NCBI GenBank assembly: GCA_050613775.1
Contig: JBODTK010000105.1
Location: 62,001 to 126,000 of the forward strand
Direction of reading: 5' to 3'
Origin: Neocallimastix sp. 'constans'
Taxonomy: Eukaryota
Length of the DNA stretch: 64,000 bases
Shown here: positions 14,675-30,110 of the stretch, one piece after another
Layout of the letters: every line of letters starts with the position of its first letter
Numbering within the stretch: the stretch's first letter is position 1
Notes under the pieces: model-generated
What the model was told of the DNA's origin: nothing
Databases searched by the model: none
The model's input: only the letters and a program-made list of their open reading frames with translations
Translations under genes and position numbers: made by a program

Positions 14675-15375
14675 ATTATTTCATTTATTTAAACATTAAT
14701 TGAATTAATAGAAAAAAAAAAAGTAAAAAAAGAACAAATTTTAAATTTTTATTATAACATATTTTTATTATCATTTTATTTTTATTTTTATTTTATTTTT
14801 ATTATTATTTTATTTTTATTATTATTTTATTTTTGGTTTATTATATAATAAAATAAAATAAAAATTAAAATTATATATTTTGTTATAACTTGCATCCATG
14901 TTACAAAATGATTACAATTAGAAAATCGGACTATTTAATAATGGTTTAATTTTTAAAATTTTATCTATTTATGGTCCAAAAATTAAATTCATAATAAATA
15001 TATATATATGTGTTTATTTTCATTACTATTTATATATAATAACTTTAAACTTTATTTTAATAATATGTATTTTCCATTCTTAACTATTTGGGATATGTGT
15101 TACAGCTACACTTTTTCATTTAATTTAATACATATTTTTTAATTTAGGGAAATTTATTGATTAGTGATGTAAAAAATCACTTTTTAAAATATTTAAAAAC
15201 TAATTAAAAAACTATATGTAGTTTATATGTATTATTAGTAATGAATGTAATAATATTTATTTATTTAATGCTAGTAAATCCTCCACATATAAGAATTCTA
15301 TCAATAATTTATATTGCCTTATTGGTAAATATAGAAGGATTTATTTATTATTACAGTAAAATATAAGTTTAATTA

Positions 15376-16159
15376 ATGATTGAGGAAAACGGTGGTCAAA
15401 GTGTCGTTGATAATCATAATGGTCAGTATTCTATTACTTCTAAAAAAAAAAAAAAAACTCTTAAGATACAGAATTTTACTGAAGCAAGAAGTATCATTGC
15501 TAATGGTACTTTTCATTTTAGTAATTCAATTACTGGTTTTCGTTCAGTTGACGTTAATGTTCCAACTAGAAATTATAATACTATAGTTAAAAATATTAGT
15601 AAAAATGGTGTTTATAATGATAGTAGTGATGATGTTGATGGATATCATAAGGTCATTGTTGATGTTGAATCTGTTAAAAATGCAAATGCTATTAGTAATA
15701 ATACTATTACGAGTAATGATATTTACACTATTCCTCCTTAGCTTTCCGGGTTTTAACAGTTTTAAAGTTGAAGTACCGATGAAAAAACCCAAAGTAATTA
15801 CACAAAGGAAAAGTACATATAGGTGTACCTTATATGTCTTTAGTAGTGGTTTACCTATTTCTGGATCAGTTTATTTACCTAAAGGATATGGAAGTGGTAA
15901 CTATACTCAATTAGTATATGATACTACTAGAGACTTAATTGCTTCGGTTTATTCTGCCGATAGTGATAGTAGCCATTTATATTTAGATAGTGGAAATTGG
16001 AAATTGATGACTCCAAAATTTGGAAATTCTGCTGTTTATAATTATAAAATAGATTTATGTGATAATAATGGAAATATACTAATGTCAATACCTAATGTTG
16101 GTACTCGTAATGTTAATGTTGTTTATATTGAATTAAATCAATGTGATATTACATTTTAA
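15376..16159 (+). pseudogene. Intronless, frameshifted ORF for a beta-repeat protein resembling phage/viral tail-fibre-like proteins
   Basis: Three repeats: IIANGTFHFSNSITGFRSVDVNVP, ISKNGVYNDSSDDVDGYHKVIVDVE and ITSNDIYTIPP/SFPGFNSFKVEVP. The third is split by a +1 shift at 15736-15742 joining ORF 15376-15741 to ORF 15605-16159. Confidence 0.65.
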
Positions 16160-18370
16160 ATTATATATATCATATAATTAAATAGCAATAATTTCTAATA
16201 TAGGTATATATCTATACTTTTTTATTTTATCTTTCAGTAATGAAACAAATATTTATAATTTATTTATTATAATTTTATCACCTGTTAATAAAATTATATA
16301 AAAAAATATTAATCGACATAATTTTAGCTCAAATTATTATTATTTATATACATTTATCATTAAAAATTGATTTAAATTTTATATTCTTATATAGCTTTGA
16401 AAAAGTAAATACTTTTAATAATACATTGAATATTATTTTTAATTATATATTTTTAAATGATAAAATAAGATAAAACAGTAATAAATAATATAAATACATA
16501 AATAATAAATAATAAATAAATAATAAAATAATAAATAAATAATAAAATAATAAATAAATAATAAAATAATAAATAAATAATAAATAATAAATAAATAATA
16601 AAGTATTTTAATTAAGCTACTGTATATATATTTTATATTTTATTAAATAATTTTATTATATATAGATATATAGCATATAATTTCTTTTTTTTAAAACTAA
16701 AATTAATTAATAATAATTAAATCTTTTTTATTGTAAGAATTATTATTCATAAATTAACACCCCTTTTTTTTTTTTAAAAAAAATTAATTTTATATTTATT
16801 TACTCTTATTTAATAAGAAATAATAGTGTAACTAGCCTATATCTGTTCATCTGTTCATCTTTTTATCATTAATCTTAGTTTCTAATACTAATAATATTTT
16901 TATACTCATTTCAAAAAAGTAATAATTAATGAAAATATAAATATTTAATCCTAATCATATCTTTGTATAAATATTTTTTTACTCCTTTTACTATTTATTT
17001 TCTTTATATCAATAGTTTAAAATAAAAGTATTTTAATAATACCTTCAATCAATAAGAATCTTATTTTTTCTTTTTTTTTTTTTTTCGAAATACATTTTAT
17101 TTCATTCATTCATTTATTCATTCATTCATTTATTCATTCAATAAAAATCTCCTTTTCCTTTTTTTCAAAAATTTTTTCAATTTTTCATTTTTTCTCAATT
17201 TATTCTTTAATTTCCTAAAAAGGAATAAATTAAAAAAATTTAATTTTTTTTTAAAAAAATCTCAAAATATAATTACAATATATTAGAATATAGTTAAATT
17301 CAATAGATTTCAATTTATTATTTAATTATTACAATCTTTTAAATTAAAATTTTTAAACTTTTCATTTTAGATTTAATATATTTTTCTTTTGTGTTTAATT
17401 ATTTTTATTTTATATAGGTTTTCTGTATTCATCTATATATTATCCTTTTTAATAATATATGGAACGAATACATTCATTTATTAATATTATTTATATTATT
17501 AATATATTAATAATAAAAATAAACTCTTTCTTTAAATTGACCTTACTTATTAATATTCATATATTATTATTTAATTGCAAATATAATAAATTAAATTGGA
17601 TATATATTATAACAATATTATTAATTATATAATTTTTTAAATTGAAAAATAAATAATTTTCATATATTATAATCAATTAGATTTATATTATTTTTTCAAT
17701 TTTAATTTTACTTTATTTAAATATTACAAATTAAATGTATAAAAAAAGAAAAAAGAAAAAAAAATTAAACTAAGAATTGATGATATATATTATTATATAT
17801 GAATAATATATGTTAATATAATATTATAATATAAATAAAAATATATAAACAGTGTAAATACATTCAAATGTAATTTATTAATTACCATAAATATCTTTAA
17901 TTAAAAATTTCTAAAAAGATTTAAAAAAAAAAAAAAAAAAAAAAAAAGAAAAAGATGAAAAAGTTGAGAAAATTGAAAAAGATGAAAAAGGAATTTTTTT
18001 TTTTTTTTAGCTAACCTAACTATTGATGGATTAGTAATATGGTGGTATAATAAGTGAACAAAAAGAAAGCGTACTTATAGATATTTAGAGGATAAAATAA
18101 TAAGTATTAATAATAAAAATAATAATAATAAAATAAAAAATAAAAAAAAAAAACTATAATTAATAGCTGAATTAATAGTTTGAGTAATAATTTGGTAATA
18201 ATTGCAATAATAATAGTAATAATTTGATATAGTTTTAGTAATAAAAATAATTAAATGATAGAATATTTTATTGAATAAGTAATAAAATAAATAATCAATC
18301 AATCAATCAAAAAAAAATATAGAGAGAATGAATGAAATTTATTATATAAAGGTCTCAAAAAGAAGGAATG

Positions 18371-18401
<31 letters not shown>

Positions 18402-18766
18402 ATTTAAAAATTTAAAATAAAATAATAGTTGTTAAAGGTGAATCATACATTTACATTTAATGTAAATGTATATTTAATTATTTAATTAGAATAAATAATT
18501 AATTCTATTTTAAGGAAAAAAAAATTTATTATCGAATTAAATAGATTTTTTTTTTTTTTTTTTTTTTTTTTTGTTATTAAATAATTTTATTGGAATTAAA
18601 TTATAGAATAAAATATGATCTACGTAATTTAGTTATCAATAATACCATTTCAAATAGTTTTAAAATAATAATAATTGATAGATATTAAGAAAGAAATAAT
18701 TACTAATAAATTATAGAATGATGTGGGTAATGAATTATATAAAATTTTAAATAAAACTATTACAGA

Positions 18767-18803
<37 letters not shown>

Positions 18804-19069
18804 TACTTAATTTTAAAGTAAAAGTCTAAAGAGATTAAAAAATTCATAGTTTTTTTTTTAATTTTATAATTTAGAGTTTTATTATACTCCAAAAATTCAC
18901 AATTATCATGTATATATATGTAATTTGATTATGTTTTTAAAGAATAAATTATAATATTATATTTATGCTGAATTGATGGTAAATTTTAATAGTGATTTTA
19001 TTTTTAAAATAATTATTATTATATATATTTCATTATAGTACAAAAAAAAAGTTATTATAGAATTTATTT

Positions 19070-19287
19070 CTATTTGTTCCTTTCTCGATGATGGTTCAAT
19101 AGATCATTGAAAAGAAATTCCGTCGTATAAAGCGGCTTATAGATAATGTCTTTCATGTTAGCCTTACTCAGTGAGAGATCCGTGTCGACGCTTAAGCAGT
19201 ATTGCAACGAATCCAGTAAGAGTCCAATATGTTTAAGGGATAGACTGGAGGTCTTATTGTTCTACCATCTTGTTAATTTCAGTCTCA
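19070..19287 (-). mobile_element. GC-richer island, possible LINE 3'-end fragment
   Basis: Minus strand carries AAGCGTCGACAC (19182-19193), similar to the motif at 11411, 40927 and 54757. Flanked by a poly-A/T run. Confidence 0.3.
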
Positions 19288-20299
19288 AAAAAAAAAAAAA
19301 AAAAAAAAATTCTATTTAAAGTTTAAATATTTGTAAAAAAAAGTTTTTAAATTTTATATTATTTTTCTTATTTTTTTTATTTTAACTTTATTTTTATATA
19401 CATACTACAAAATTATATAGTATATAGTATATTGAATATAGATTGTTAATTCTGTATTCATACCATTTTTTTTTTTTTTTTGATTAATTATTAATGTATC
19501 AAAAATAATGAATTTTATTTTTTAAGTTTTATTTTATTTTCATTTATTTATTTAATTATATATATAAAAATAATAATAAAACTATTTATTTTTTTTTTAA
19601 ATCTTTTTATTATAAATATTATCCAATCTTTAATTATGTTGAATAGTTCAAATTCACTATAAATTTATATTTCTTCTATTTTTCATAAATATTAATATAA
19701 ATGTAAATATTTTTTTATTCTATTATTTATTATTTATATTGAAAATTTTCATTTTTATTATTAATTTTATAGTTGTTACATTTAAAAAGTGTTAATTATT
19801 TATTACAAAATCTTTCTTTATTTTTTTTTTTTTTTTTTTGTACGGTATTAAAGCTTTTTTTATTTTTATTTTTTTTTTTTTTTTTCTATTTTATAATAGT
19901 TACAAATATAATACATAGTTTATAATTATTAATTATAATATAATTATAAAAATAAAAATATTAATTATTAATAGTATTATATAATATTAATATTATTAAT
20001 ATTATTATTACTATTAATTATAATCATAAAAAAATTTTTTTTCTTTTTAAACTTTTTATTGTTTTTATTAAAAAAAATTTTTTTTATAAATTAATTAATT
20101 CGATTTAAAATTAATATACATTTAATAAATATTACAGTATATTACAGTATAAAAAAATTTTTAATTAGATTATTTTAACTAAAATAAAAAAATTTTTTTC
20201 ATTAAAAAAACTATAAAAATGAAAATTTTATAATTAATAAAGTTTATTCATTTTTTTAATATTAATTTTATTATTTATAAATTAATTAAAAAATAAATC

Positions 20300-20732
20300 A
20301 ATAATAATAAATAATAAATAATAAATAATAAATAATAAATAATAAATAATAAATAATAAATAATACATAATAAATAATAAATAATAAATAATAAATAATA
20401 AATAATAAATAATAAATAATAAATAATAAATAATAAATAATAAATAATAAATAATAAATAATAAATAATAAATAATAAATAATTGAATAATAAATAATTT
20501 AATAATAAATAATAAATAATAAATAATAAATAATAAATAATAATGAATAAATAATAAATAATAAATAATAAATAATAAATAATAAATAAATAAATAAATA
20601 AATAAATAATAAATAATAAATAATAATGAATAAATAATAAATAATAAATAATAAATAATAAATAATAAATAATAAATAAATAAATAAATAAATAAATAAT
20701 AAATAATAAATAATAATGAATAAATAATAAAA
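20300..20732. repeat. Degenerate (TAAATAA)n heptamer/AT-rich minisatellite
   Basis: Tandem AATAAAT units with TAATGAA variants; source of the spurious 153-aa minus-strand ORF. Confidence 0.9.
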
Positions 20733-20965
20733 TCAAAAAAAGTATTTAATAATTAAATTTCAATTAATATTAATAAAGAAAGGGTTTTTATTATTACTCA
20801 TTTATTAGTTATTTTAAACTAATTAATTATTTATAATCGTATATTGATAATCTAATATATATAAATTTATTTATAATTTATTTATAATTTATTTATTAAT
20901 TTATATTTATTTATTTATCTATATATAATATTTTTTACCAACAATTAAATTAATGTAGACACTTT

Positions 20966-21013
<48 letters not shown>

Positions 21014-23647
21014 TATACTTTTTTCTTTTAACAATTCTTTACGAAAAATATTTTTTTTTTTCCTTATTTTTACACACGTACAAAAAAAAAAAAAAAAAAA
21101 ATTAAGGAAATAATTACAAGTAAGATAACAAATTAATAACAATAATAATTATGAAAATAAACAACTCAATACTATTTTATCGTTATTAAATATTACAATA
21201 GTTTAAAAAAAGGAAAAAAGCAAAATAATTATCAATTCGAAAATTACATATTTAGTTACTATTTTTTTTTTTTTTTGTCATTAAAAATCATTTTTAAAGT
21301 ATATTATAAAGTTCTTTTTATATTATTATTAATAAATAATAAAGAGAATAAATATCTTTTATTTTTCAGTTGATAATAGAAAAATATTCATATATAAATA
21401 AAAATTAATTTGTTTATAAAAAGAAAGAAAAGGAAAAAAAAAAAAAAGAAAAAGAAAAAAAAGAAAGAGTCATAAGTAATACTTTAAAAAGAAAATTTTA
21501 AAATATAATTGAGTTAGTAAACGTATCAATTGTATAATTGAAAACAATAATAACATTATTCTAATAAAAAAAATAATATGTAATTTTATTACTATTTTTT
21601 TTTATTTCATTTAATAATATTATAAAGAAAATATTTTATCTTTTTTTTTTTTTATTGAAGTAAAAATTTATAAAAAATATTTTTAAAGAAGAAGTAAAAA
21701 AAAAAAAAAAAAAAGATAAACATTGATTATATAATAAGAAATATATTTACGTTCCTATATATAATTATTACTTTAATTTATCTTTCAATTTCAATAAAGA
21801 AATGAATTTAAAAGAAATTGTTTATACAAAAGTTTTTTAATAATATTACTGTTTTCTTTTTTTTTAAAAAAAAAAAAAAAGGTAAAAATATACGTATACA
21901 TATATATATTTAAAATTAATATAATATTAAAGAAAGAAAATGAAAAATTAAAAAGAAATTTAATAGATATAAAATAGTTTAAAAAAAATAAAAAAAAGTA
22001 ATATATTTATTAATTATTATATTTATTCTTTTTTTTTTTTTTATCAATTTCTTTAAATTATTTTTTTACATAACTTCTTTATTAGGAAAAATTAATAAGA
22101 AAATATTTAAAAAAAAATAGTATTATGTTATAAATATTTTTGTCTTTTTCAAAAGTGATATATATATTCATATACAATTTTCTTCATTTATTTTATATAA
22201 TCTTTTTACATATAATTTAATTCTTTAAAAAATAATCTTATCGTTTTTAAATAATAATTAATTTATGTGTAACAGTATATAATGATATATCCAACATATT
22301 CATTATAAAAAAAAAAGCAATTAGTACAAACATTTATTTATAATTGAATACTTCATATATAAATAATAGTAATTATTAAATTGTTAAATAATAATAAAAA
22401 ATTTGTATTTAATTAGTTATTTTTTTATACTATCCATAAAATAATTTTTTAAATAATTTATAATTTGTATAATATTCAAAAGATAAAAAAAAAGTATAAT
22501 TTAGTATATATATAATTATTTAAAACAGTTTAAACAAGAAAAACTTTTAATTTTTATCAATCATATTTATAATAATTATCTTAATAAGTGATAAAATTTA
22601 GTAATATTTTCACATAATATTATATACTTGTTGGAAAATATATATAATATATTTAGTTATTATTAATTTTATATATATCATTTGAAAATTCAAACTATTT
22701 TACCAAGGTATATTTAAATAGTTAAACAATTTAAATAATTTTTAGTAAGGAAACATAGCAATAGAAAGGAAATATTTATACTTTTTTTTTATTTTAAAAA
22801 AAACTAATATAGTAAGCAACGTAATTATTAAAAAAAAAAGTTTATACTTTAAATAAATTTAAAAATAAATACAGATAAAAGATAAATTCAATATTAATTT
22901 ATATCTATATAAAAACAATACAAAAGCATAATATATAAAGCGTTTTTTTTAATAGAAACAATATAATATTAATTTACATAAAGAAGTTCTATCCTGTTGT
23001 CATACATACATAAATAAATATATATATATAATAGAATAAATAGTTAAAAAATAAAAATAAATATTGATTTTTATTTTTAAAAGTGTCAATATAGACATTG
23101 TATAATTTTACACATTATATATATATATATATATTCAGTAATTTAAGATTATATTAGGATATATTTATCAAAGATATAAATATAATTGAATAAACAATAA
23201 TTATATAATTTAAATAATACTTCAAACTAACTTAAATAATTTAACTATTAATTGAATACAATTTAAATAATTGAAATACACTAATTTAATTCAACTTTAA
23301 TAATCGAAATACTATACGTATAAAAATTTATATTCATTTAATAGAATATAAAATAAAAGTTATTTTTGATTATATATATTTAAGAAGAAAGAAAAGATAT
23401 ATTTATATCCTTTTCTATTTTTTCTTTTTTTTTTATTTTTTATTTTTTTAATTAATAGTAAATATATTTTTAATCAAAAGTATTACATTTATTGAAAAGA
23501 TTGATTAAAAATAAATATTTTATTATTATAAAAAAATAAAGAAAAAAGAATAAAGAAAAATAAATAAATAAATAAGATATATATAATCTATATAAAGAGA
23601 TAATATATATCATATATATAATAACAAAATTCGTTTTAGAAATAAAA

Positions 23648-26277
23648 ATGTTACCATCTATATCAACAAAAGTTAATTATAATATTAATAAAACTATCGA
23701 GTATCCATTATTATTTATGAATAAATTTATTGAAGCTATGTATATATTAAGTATGAAAGAAGATAGAAGGAAATCACCTTCCATCAGTTCTACACTGTTA
23801 GAATTATTATCCTTGTATGATGAAGATGATATTTTAAAAATAGATTATTCATTATTAAATACAAAGTTGGATTGTTTAGAGTCTCTATTATCTTCATATT
23901 TATCAAATTGTATTATATCCTCTGTGGTTACTTCAATATTTGTAAATACTTTTATTCATTTGATTCTTCAAAATAACAATTACTGTAAGGATATGACATT
24001 AAAAGGTATATTTATAATTTTTATAAGTTATTTAAAGCATATTTAGTAGCAGTCAATGGATCATTAATAATAATATTATTAATACATAAAATAAAATAAA
24101 AAAAGGATTAAAAAAATTTTTTTAAGAAAAATAATAAAATATTATTATTACTATCTTTATTATTAATAATACTATTATTATTATTATTATTATTATATAT
24201 TATAGATAAATTTGAATTACAACCTTTAGAATTTAAAAATAGTTTAGTAAATGTTGTTTATCAGTGTATTAAAAATCACGAAGTTGGTGATGGAAATGAC
24301 AATTACATTTGCTCTGACGATGGTAATGAGGATCATCAAAAGGATGATCAAAATCAAGAAAATTCTCATGAGGAGGAAGATCATCATGAAAGTAATGATA
24401 AAAATCAAAATGATGATATAAATAGTTCTGGTGGTGAAGAAAATGACGGTAATCACAATGATGGTGAAGAAAATAATAATAACAATGGTGAAGAGAATAA
24501 CAATAATAGTAATGAAAATAACAATGGTGATAATAATAATGATGATAATAATAAAAGCAATGGTAATAATGAAAATGATAATAATAATAATAATAAAAGC
24601 AATGGTGATAATAATGATAGTAATAATAAGGATGATGAAGATGATAAGGGTGACAATCATTCTTCAGAAGAAGATGAAAAAAAATCGAAAAAGGATGATA
24701 AAAGTAAAAAAGAGTTATCAGAAAAAGAAAGTGAAGAAAATGAAAATGGTAATTATTATAGTAATTCTATTAGTAATAATAATTATTATTATTATTAATA
24801 CTATTTGAATGATTATTTTTAAACTTTTGTATAATAAATATAATAGTATATAAATATATATTGAATTATTTAAAAAGAAAGAAAATATTTTACATTATAG
24901 TATAATATATGAAAAAGCAAAAAGCATTAATATTACTTTTTTTTCCTTATTTATTTATTTATTGTATTATATAATATTTTTTTTTAGATATAAAAACTGA
25001 AGTTAAAAAAGAGATTAAAGTTAATGCTGAATCCTCCTCTTTTGAAGAGATAAATCAATTCCTTAATAGTCAAGATTTTAAGGAAATTAAAAAGCCAATA
25101 ACACCATCATTATATCATAGATCGTCTACTGGATCATTGAAAAAGGCAAAAGTATTGGGGGCCATTGGTACTAATGATAATTCTTTACAGTTTTTAGAAA
25201 AGGAAAACGATTTTATAAGTAGTAATGGTGGTGGTAGTAGTTGTGGCAATAATAGTAGTGGTACTACTATTGAAAATAAAAACAAACATTTGTGCTATGA
25301 ATTGGGAAGTGGAAATGTGAATAAAATGCCAAGTATTATTGAAGATCGTACAGAAGAAGGAAGTGATGCTGAAGAAATGAAATCAATATTAAAAAAGGAA
25401 CAAGGAAAGAAAAAGGGAGATAAACTGTCCAAATTACATATCGGTAAATTTGGAAATGATTTGACCTCGGAAGATTCTAATTCTAAAAAAGTAGATGATT
25501 ATACGAGTATGCCGTATTCTCCATTCTCTACTAATTTTGAACTTTTTAAAAATAATGTTATTGAAAATTTACCCGTACGAAGTGGTCTGGGTTCTCATAG
25601 AAATAGTATTAGTTGTACCTATGATATCTTAACGAATTTAAGTAATTATAATAATGCTAGAAGAGGTTCACTTCCTGCTTTGAGTTATTCTTCTTACCCT
25701 AATCATAATGGGCTTTCTTCTTCAACAAATGAGTTTGTAACTCCATCTCATTCTACAGGAATTTCTTCTTCATCTTCTGTATCCTATTCATCAACTAATG
25801 CTTCCACTTCTTCTTCCTCTCTGTCCTCTCCTTCCTCAAATTCAACAATGGTTAATCAATCCAATGGTAATCCAGATATTCATTCGTTTGGTTTTAATCA
25901 ATTAAACTTTAACCAAAAAACAAACTCAGTTCCATTTTCTTCTGCTTCTACACCATCAGCAACAGCTTCTGATTCTATTAAAGGTAAGATAAAAACTAGG
26001 ATAATAAAATAAAAAAAAAATAAAAATAAAATTAAAATTAAAATTAAATTTTTATTTTAAGATTTTTTTTTATTTTTTTTTTTTATTTTTAATTTATTTT
26101 TTTTTTATATTATAATACACAATTTTATTTTAAATTTAATATATTATTTATTTAAAACATGAAAATAATATTTATATTTAATCCTTTTTTTTTTAAATAT
26201 ATATTTTTCTCCTTTCTCTTTCTCTCTTTTTTTTTATATATAAATATAATTTTCTCCTTTCTCTCTCTCTCTTTTTC

Positions 26278-26308
<31 letters not shown>

Positions 26309-29300
26309 CCAAAATATAATATAGATATCAAAAGTGATGTAGAAGGCTCTGCCTATACCATTACAGTTGGAAAAGCAACATTAAGTCATAGTGCTTCATT
26401 TTCTGGAAACTTTAAACATTACATTTTATCGAATTCTTCTTCTAATATGCTAAATAATTCTTCTTCTACTAGCACTTTAAATTTCATTGATAATGTTGGA
26501 AAATCTACAGTAACATCTTCAGGGGTAAAACAAAATTTGAATGGAAATGATTTCTCTATTTCAAATTCTTCTTCCATGGTAACGAGTGGTATAGAAAGTG
26601 CTACCAAAATATCTTTTCAAAAGAATGATGAAGAGGATAAAAGTAAATTAGATGCAGAAATCCTTGATGGTACTATTCATTTAGATCCTTCCATTGAAAA
26701 TAATACTGATACAAATAATGATAATAATGATAATAATAGTAGTAATAATATAAATGATAATAATACTAATACTAATAATAATGGCAATGACAATAATAAT
26801 AGTAATGATAATAATAACAGCAATAATAATAATAATAATAATAATAGTAGTAGTAATAATGATAAAGATAATAATAATGATAATGATAATAATAGTAATA
26901 ATAATAAAGGTGCGAATGATAATAATACTATAATGGGAGGTGTGATTGATGAAAGTAAGAAATCAATAGCTGGTGGTAGTGAAACGATAAGAAACTTTAT
27001 TAATGAAAATGGAACTATGGAGAATTTAGCTACTTCTATCTTTGATGATAATCGTACCTCCTCTTTTACCACCAGTAGTTATTATGATAAGGATAGTATT
27101 TCTACTGATACGACAGGTTTAAGTTTTAGTAACTATCCCAATATCTTTTCTAGAGGAAGATCCTTTTCTATTTGTGCAGATTCCCTTTTTGTGGATCCTT
27201 TTACCAATAGTTTTGACTATGATGGAGATAATTTAGATAGCTTTAATACCCTCAGTATGACAACATCTAATAATCATTTGAAATCCATTGGCGATTTCCC
27301 TTTCAATTACTATAATTCAACGAGAAGACAATCTTGTCCATTAATTTCTACTTTTTCTTTGTCCAAAAAGAAATCATTGGAAGATTTAAATTCTGGATTC
27401 AGTAGTAATTTAGGAAGTATGGCTTTAGAAAGTTTAGATGAAGTCAGTGAACCTAAAACTACACCGGAGCACAGAATACGTAGAAGTAATTCCACATTAA
27501 ATGATTTTATTAATAGTAGTTCTTCCACTTTATTTAAGGAAGATTCCTTCCTTTCTTCCTTAAACTATTCTTTAAATAATAATAATGATACTGAGAGTAC
27601 TGATGCCAATCTTTCTTTTACAAATCGAAAGGTGGGAACTGAATTAAATGAGTTTAATAATTTACTTTCAGGTATTTCTTCTTCAGATTTTACCAATAAT
27701 AAATCAGGAATGGGAGGCGAAGGATTAATTAATGCTAGTGATCTTTCTGGTATCACGTCTAATAATAGTACTACTAGTGATATTAATAATAGTAGTAGTT
27801 CTTTCCTTAATAATAACAATAGTAATAATAATAGTAATGGTAATAGTAATAGTAATAACAGTAATAATAGCAATAGTAATGATAGTAATAATAATAGTAA
27901 TAGTAATGACGTCCTCAATGGAACTGATAGCAACTCATCCACCTCCACCACGGCTACAACGAATAGTTTAAAGATTAATGAAAAAATAAATTATCCTTAT
28001 CGCAAGACGAGAAGTTATTCTACCTCTTGTTATCCATTTAGCTATTCCTCCTATTTTAATAGTGATATGAATGGAAAGGAGGTGATTCCTATGATAGGAA
28101 ATCTTTCTTCTTTTTCTTCATCTACTACATCTAATTCTAATTCTACTTCTACTTTATCGTCTTCCAGTATCGTTAAGCCTATGATTAATACTAAAATTGA
28201 TAAATCGTTTATTTCATCTAAAAGTGCCTCTGCAGAGATTAAAAATCCTTGGTTAAGTAGTGAGAATAAGAGTAAGAGTTCAAGCAACCTCTTTAAACTG
28301 AATTCTTATTTTGAAAATCATGATTATGATTTTGGTGGCTTTAATTTAGGTTGGAAAACGGATAAAAAGTTATCCACTCATAAGATCACTACACCAGATC
28401 TCTATAATATTCGTGAGATACAAGGAGCAATAGATATAACAAATAAATCTTTTCCTTCCATCAAAGGTAGTTCCAATATCAATTCTTCAACTAACCCTAT
28501 TACTACAACTAATAATACTAATAATAATCCTAATAGTATAGGTCAAGGTAGTAGTAGTAATGGTGGTGGTGGTGGTAATAGCAATGGTAATGGTAATAGT
28601 AGCAATGTTACTACAATGATAGGTAGTCATTCTAATGATATACTTTATAATAAAGTAACCGCAAGTATGGAGGATCATACCTCAAATGAGGCAAATACCA
28701 AATCAAAGAACAAGCTATTAGGTTGGGGATTCTTGGCCAAACATAATTTTATTGACTTTGATGATGAGGCCTATCAAGAGGATAAAAAATCTTCTTCGAT
28801 TTCCAATAATAATATGATGAAGAATCGTCAAAATAATAATGGTATGAATTATGGCTCTAATTCATCATCTTACTCTATCTATGGTAGTGGTGGTGGTGGT
28901 GGTAATTCTTCGATGATCCATACCAATCCTTATATTCAAAATAATTATGGAGGAGGTAACTTTAATGGTAGCGGTAATATAATGAATAAAATAAGCTATA
29001 TGAATAATGGTCATGGTAAAGGAGGCAATGGGGTCTTATATAACCCTAAAAATAATGGTAATGGCAATGGTGGCACCATCACCTATCAACAAAAGAATGG
29101 AATGGTCTACTATAATAATGATGGTAATGGGGCTACTCTTACCAATAATTATAATGGAAATGGGTCAACCGGAAATAATAATGTGAATATCAATGTTCCA
29201 GGCAATAATAAGAATCATCCCGTCTATCATCCTAATTCTAAAAAGGGAAATGCCAAGACGATAAATAATTATAATAGCTATTATCAAAATTCTACAATAG

Positions 29301-30079
29301 TGACCACCAGAAATATGTATAATGAAAATACCGCAATGACAAATGGTAATACAAGATATAATAATAAGTATAATGGTTATAAGAATAATGGTAGTGGTGG
29401 TAGTAATACCAATAATAATACCAATAATAATAATAGTAATAGCAATAATAATAATAATAATCCAGCAATGAATTCTTTAAATAAAATGATCAATGGTAGT
29501 CATGGTATGAAAGGAGGAGGAATAGGAGATGCCAATACCAATAATAATTCTAATGGTATGAATGAAGGTAAAAATGATATCAAGGGTAATAAGACAAACA
29601 ATTCTAAGAGAAAGGCAAATAATAAGAATCAAAATAGCAATAATAATGCTAATGCTAATGCTAATGCTAATATTAATAATAATTTAAATGGTCATACGAA
29701 TTCTGGTAATACCAATAATAATGTTTTGAATAATAATAACAATGGTAATAATAATAGTAATGGTAATGCTAAAGCCAATACTACCACCAAAAGTAAAAAG
29801 AAGAATAAAAGCAATTCTGCTAAAAATAAAAATACGAATACTAACAACAATAATGTCAATACTGGTAATTCCAACCATGAATCAAATGCATTAGCAACGG
29901 CTACTATGGATGCTAATATTGCCAATATATTAAATAGTATTAATAATGAGAGTAGTAGTAATAGTAATAATAGCAGTAATAGTAATGGCTCAACTACCAC
30001 TAATAAAGGCAATACCTCAAAAGGTAAAAAGGCAAATTCTAAGGCCAATAAAGCCAATAATAATAATAATAATAATAGC

Positions 30080-30110
<31 letters not shown>

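Noticed and set aside
14335..16836. ATAGTGTAAC direct repeat flanking the phage-like ORF as a possible target-site duplication
   Set aside because: Only about 11 AT-rich bases with no terminal inverted repeats inside; compatible with chance.
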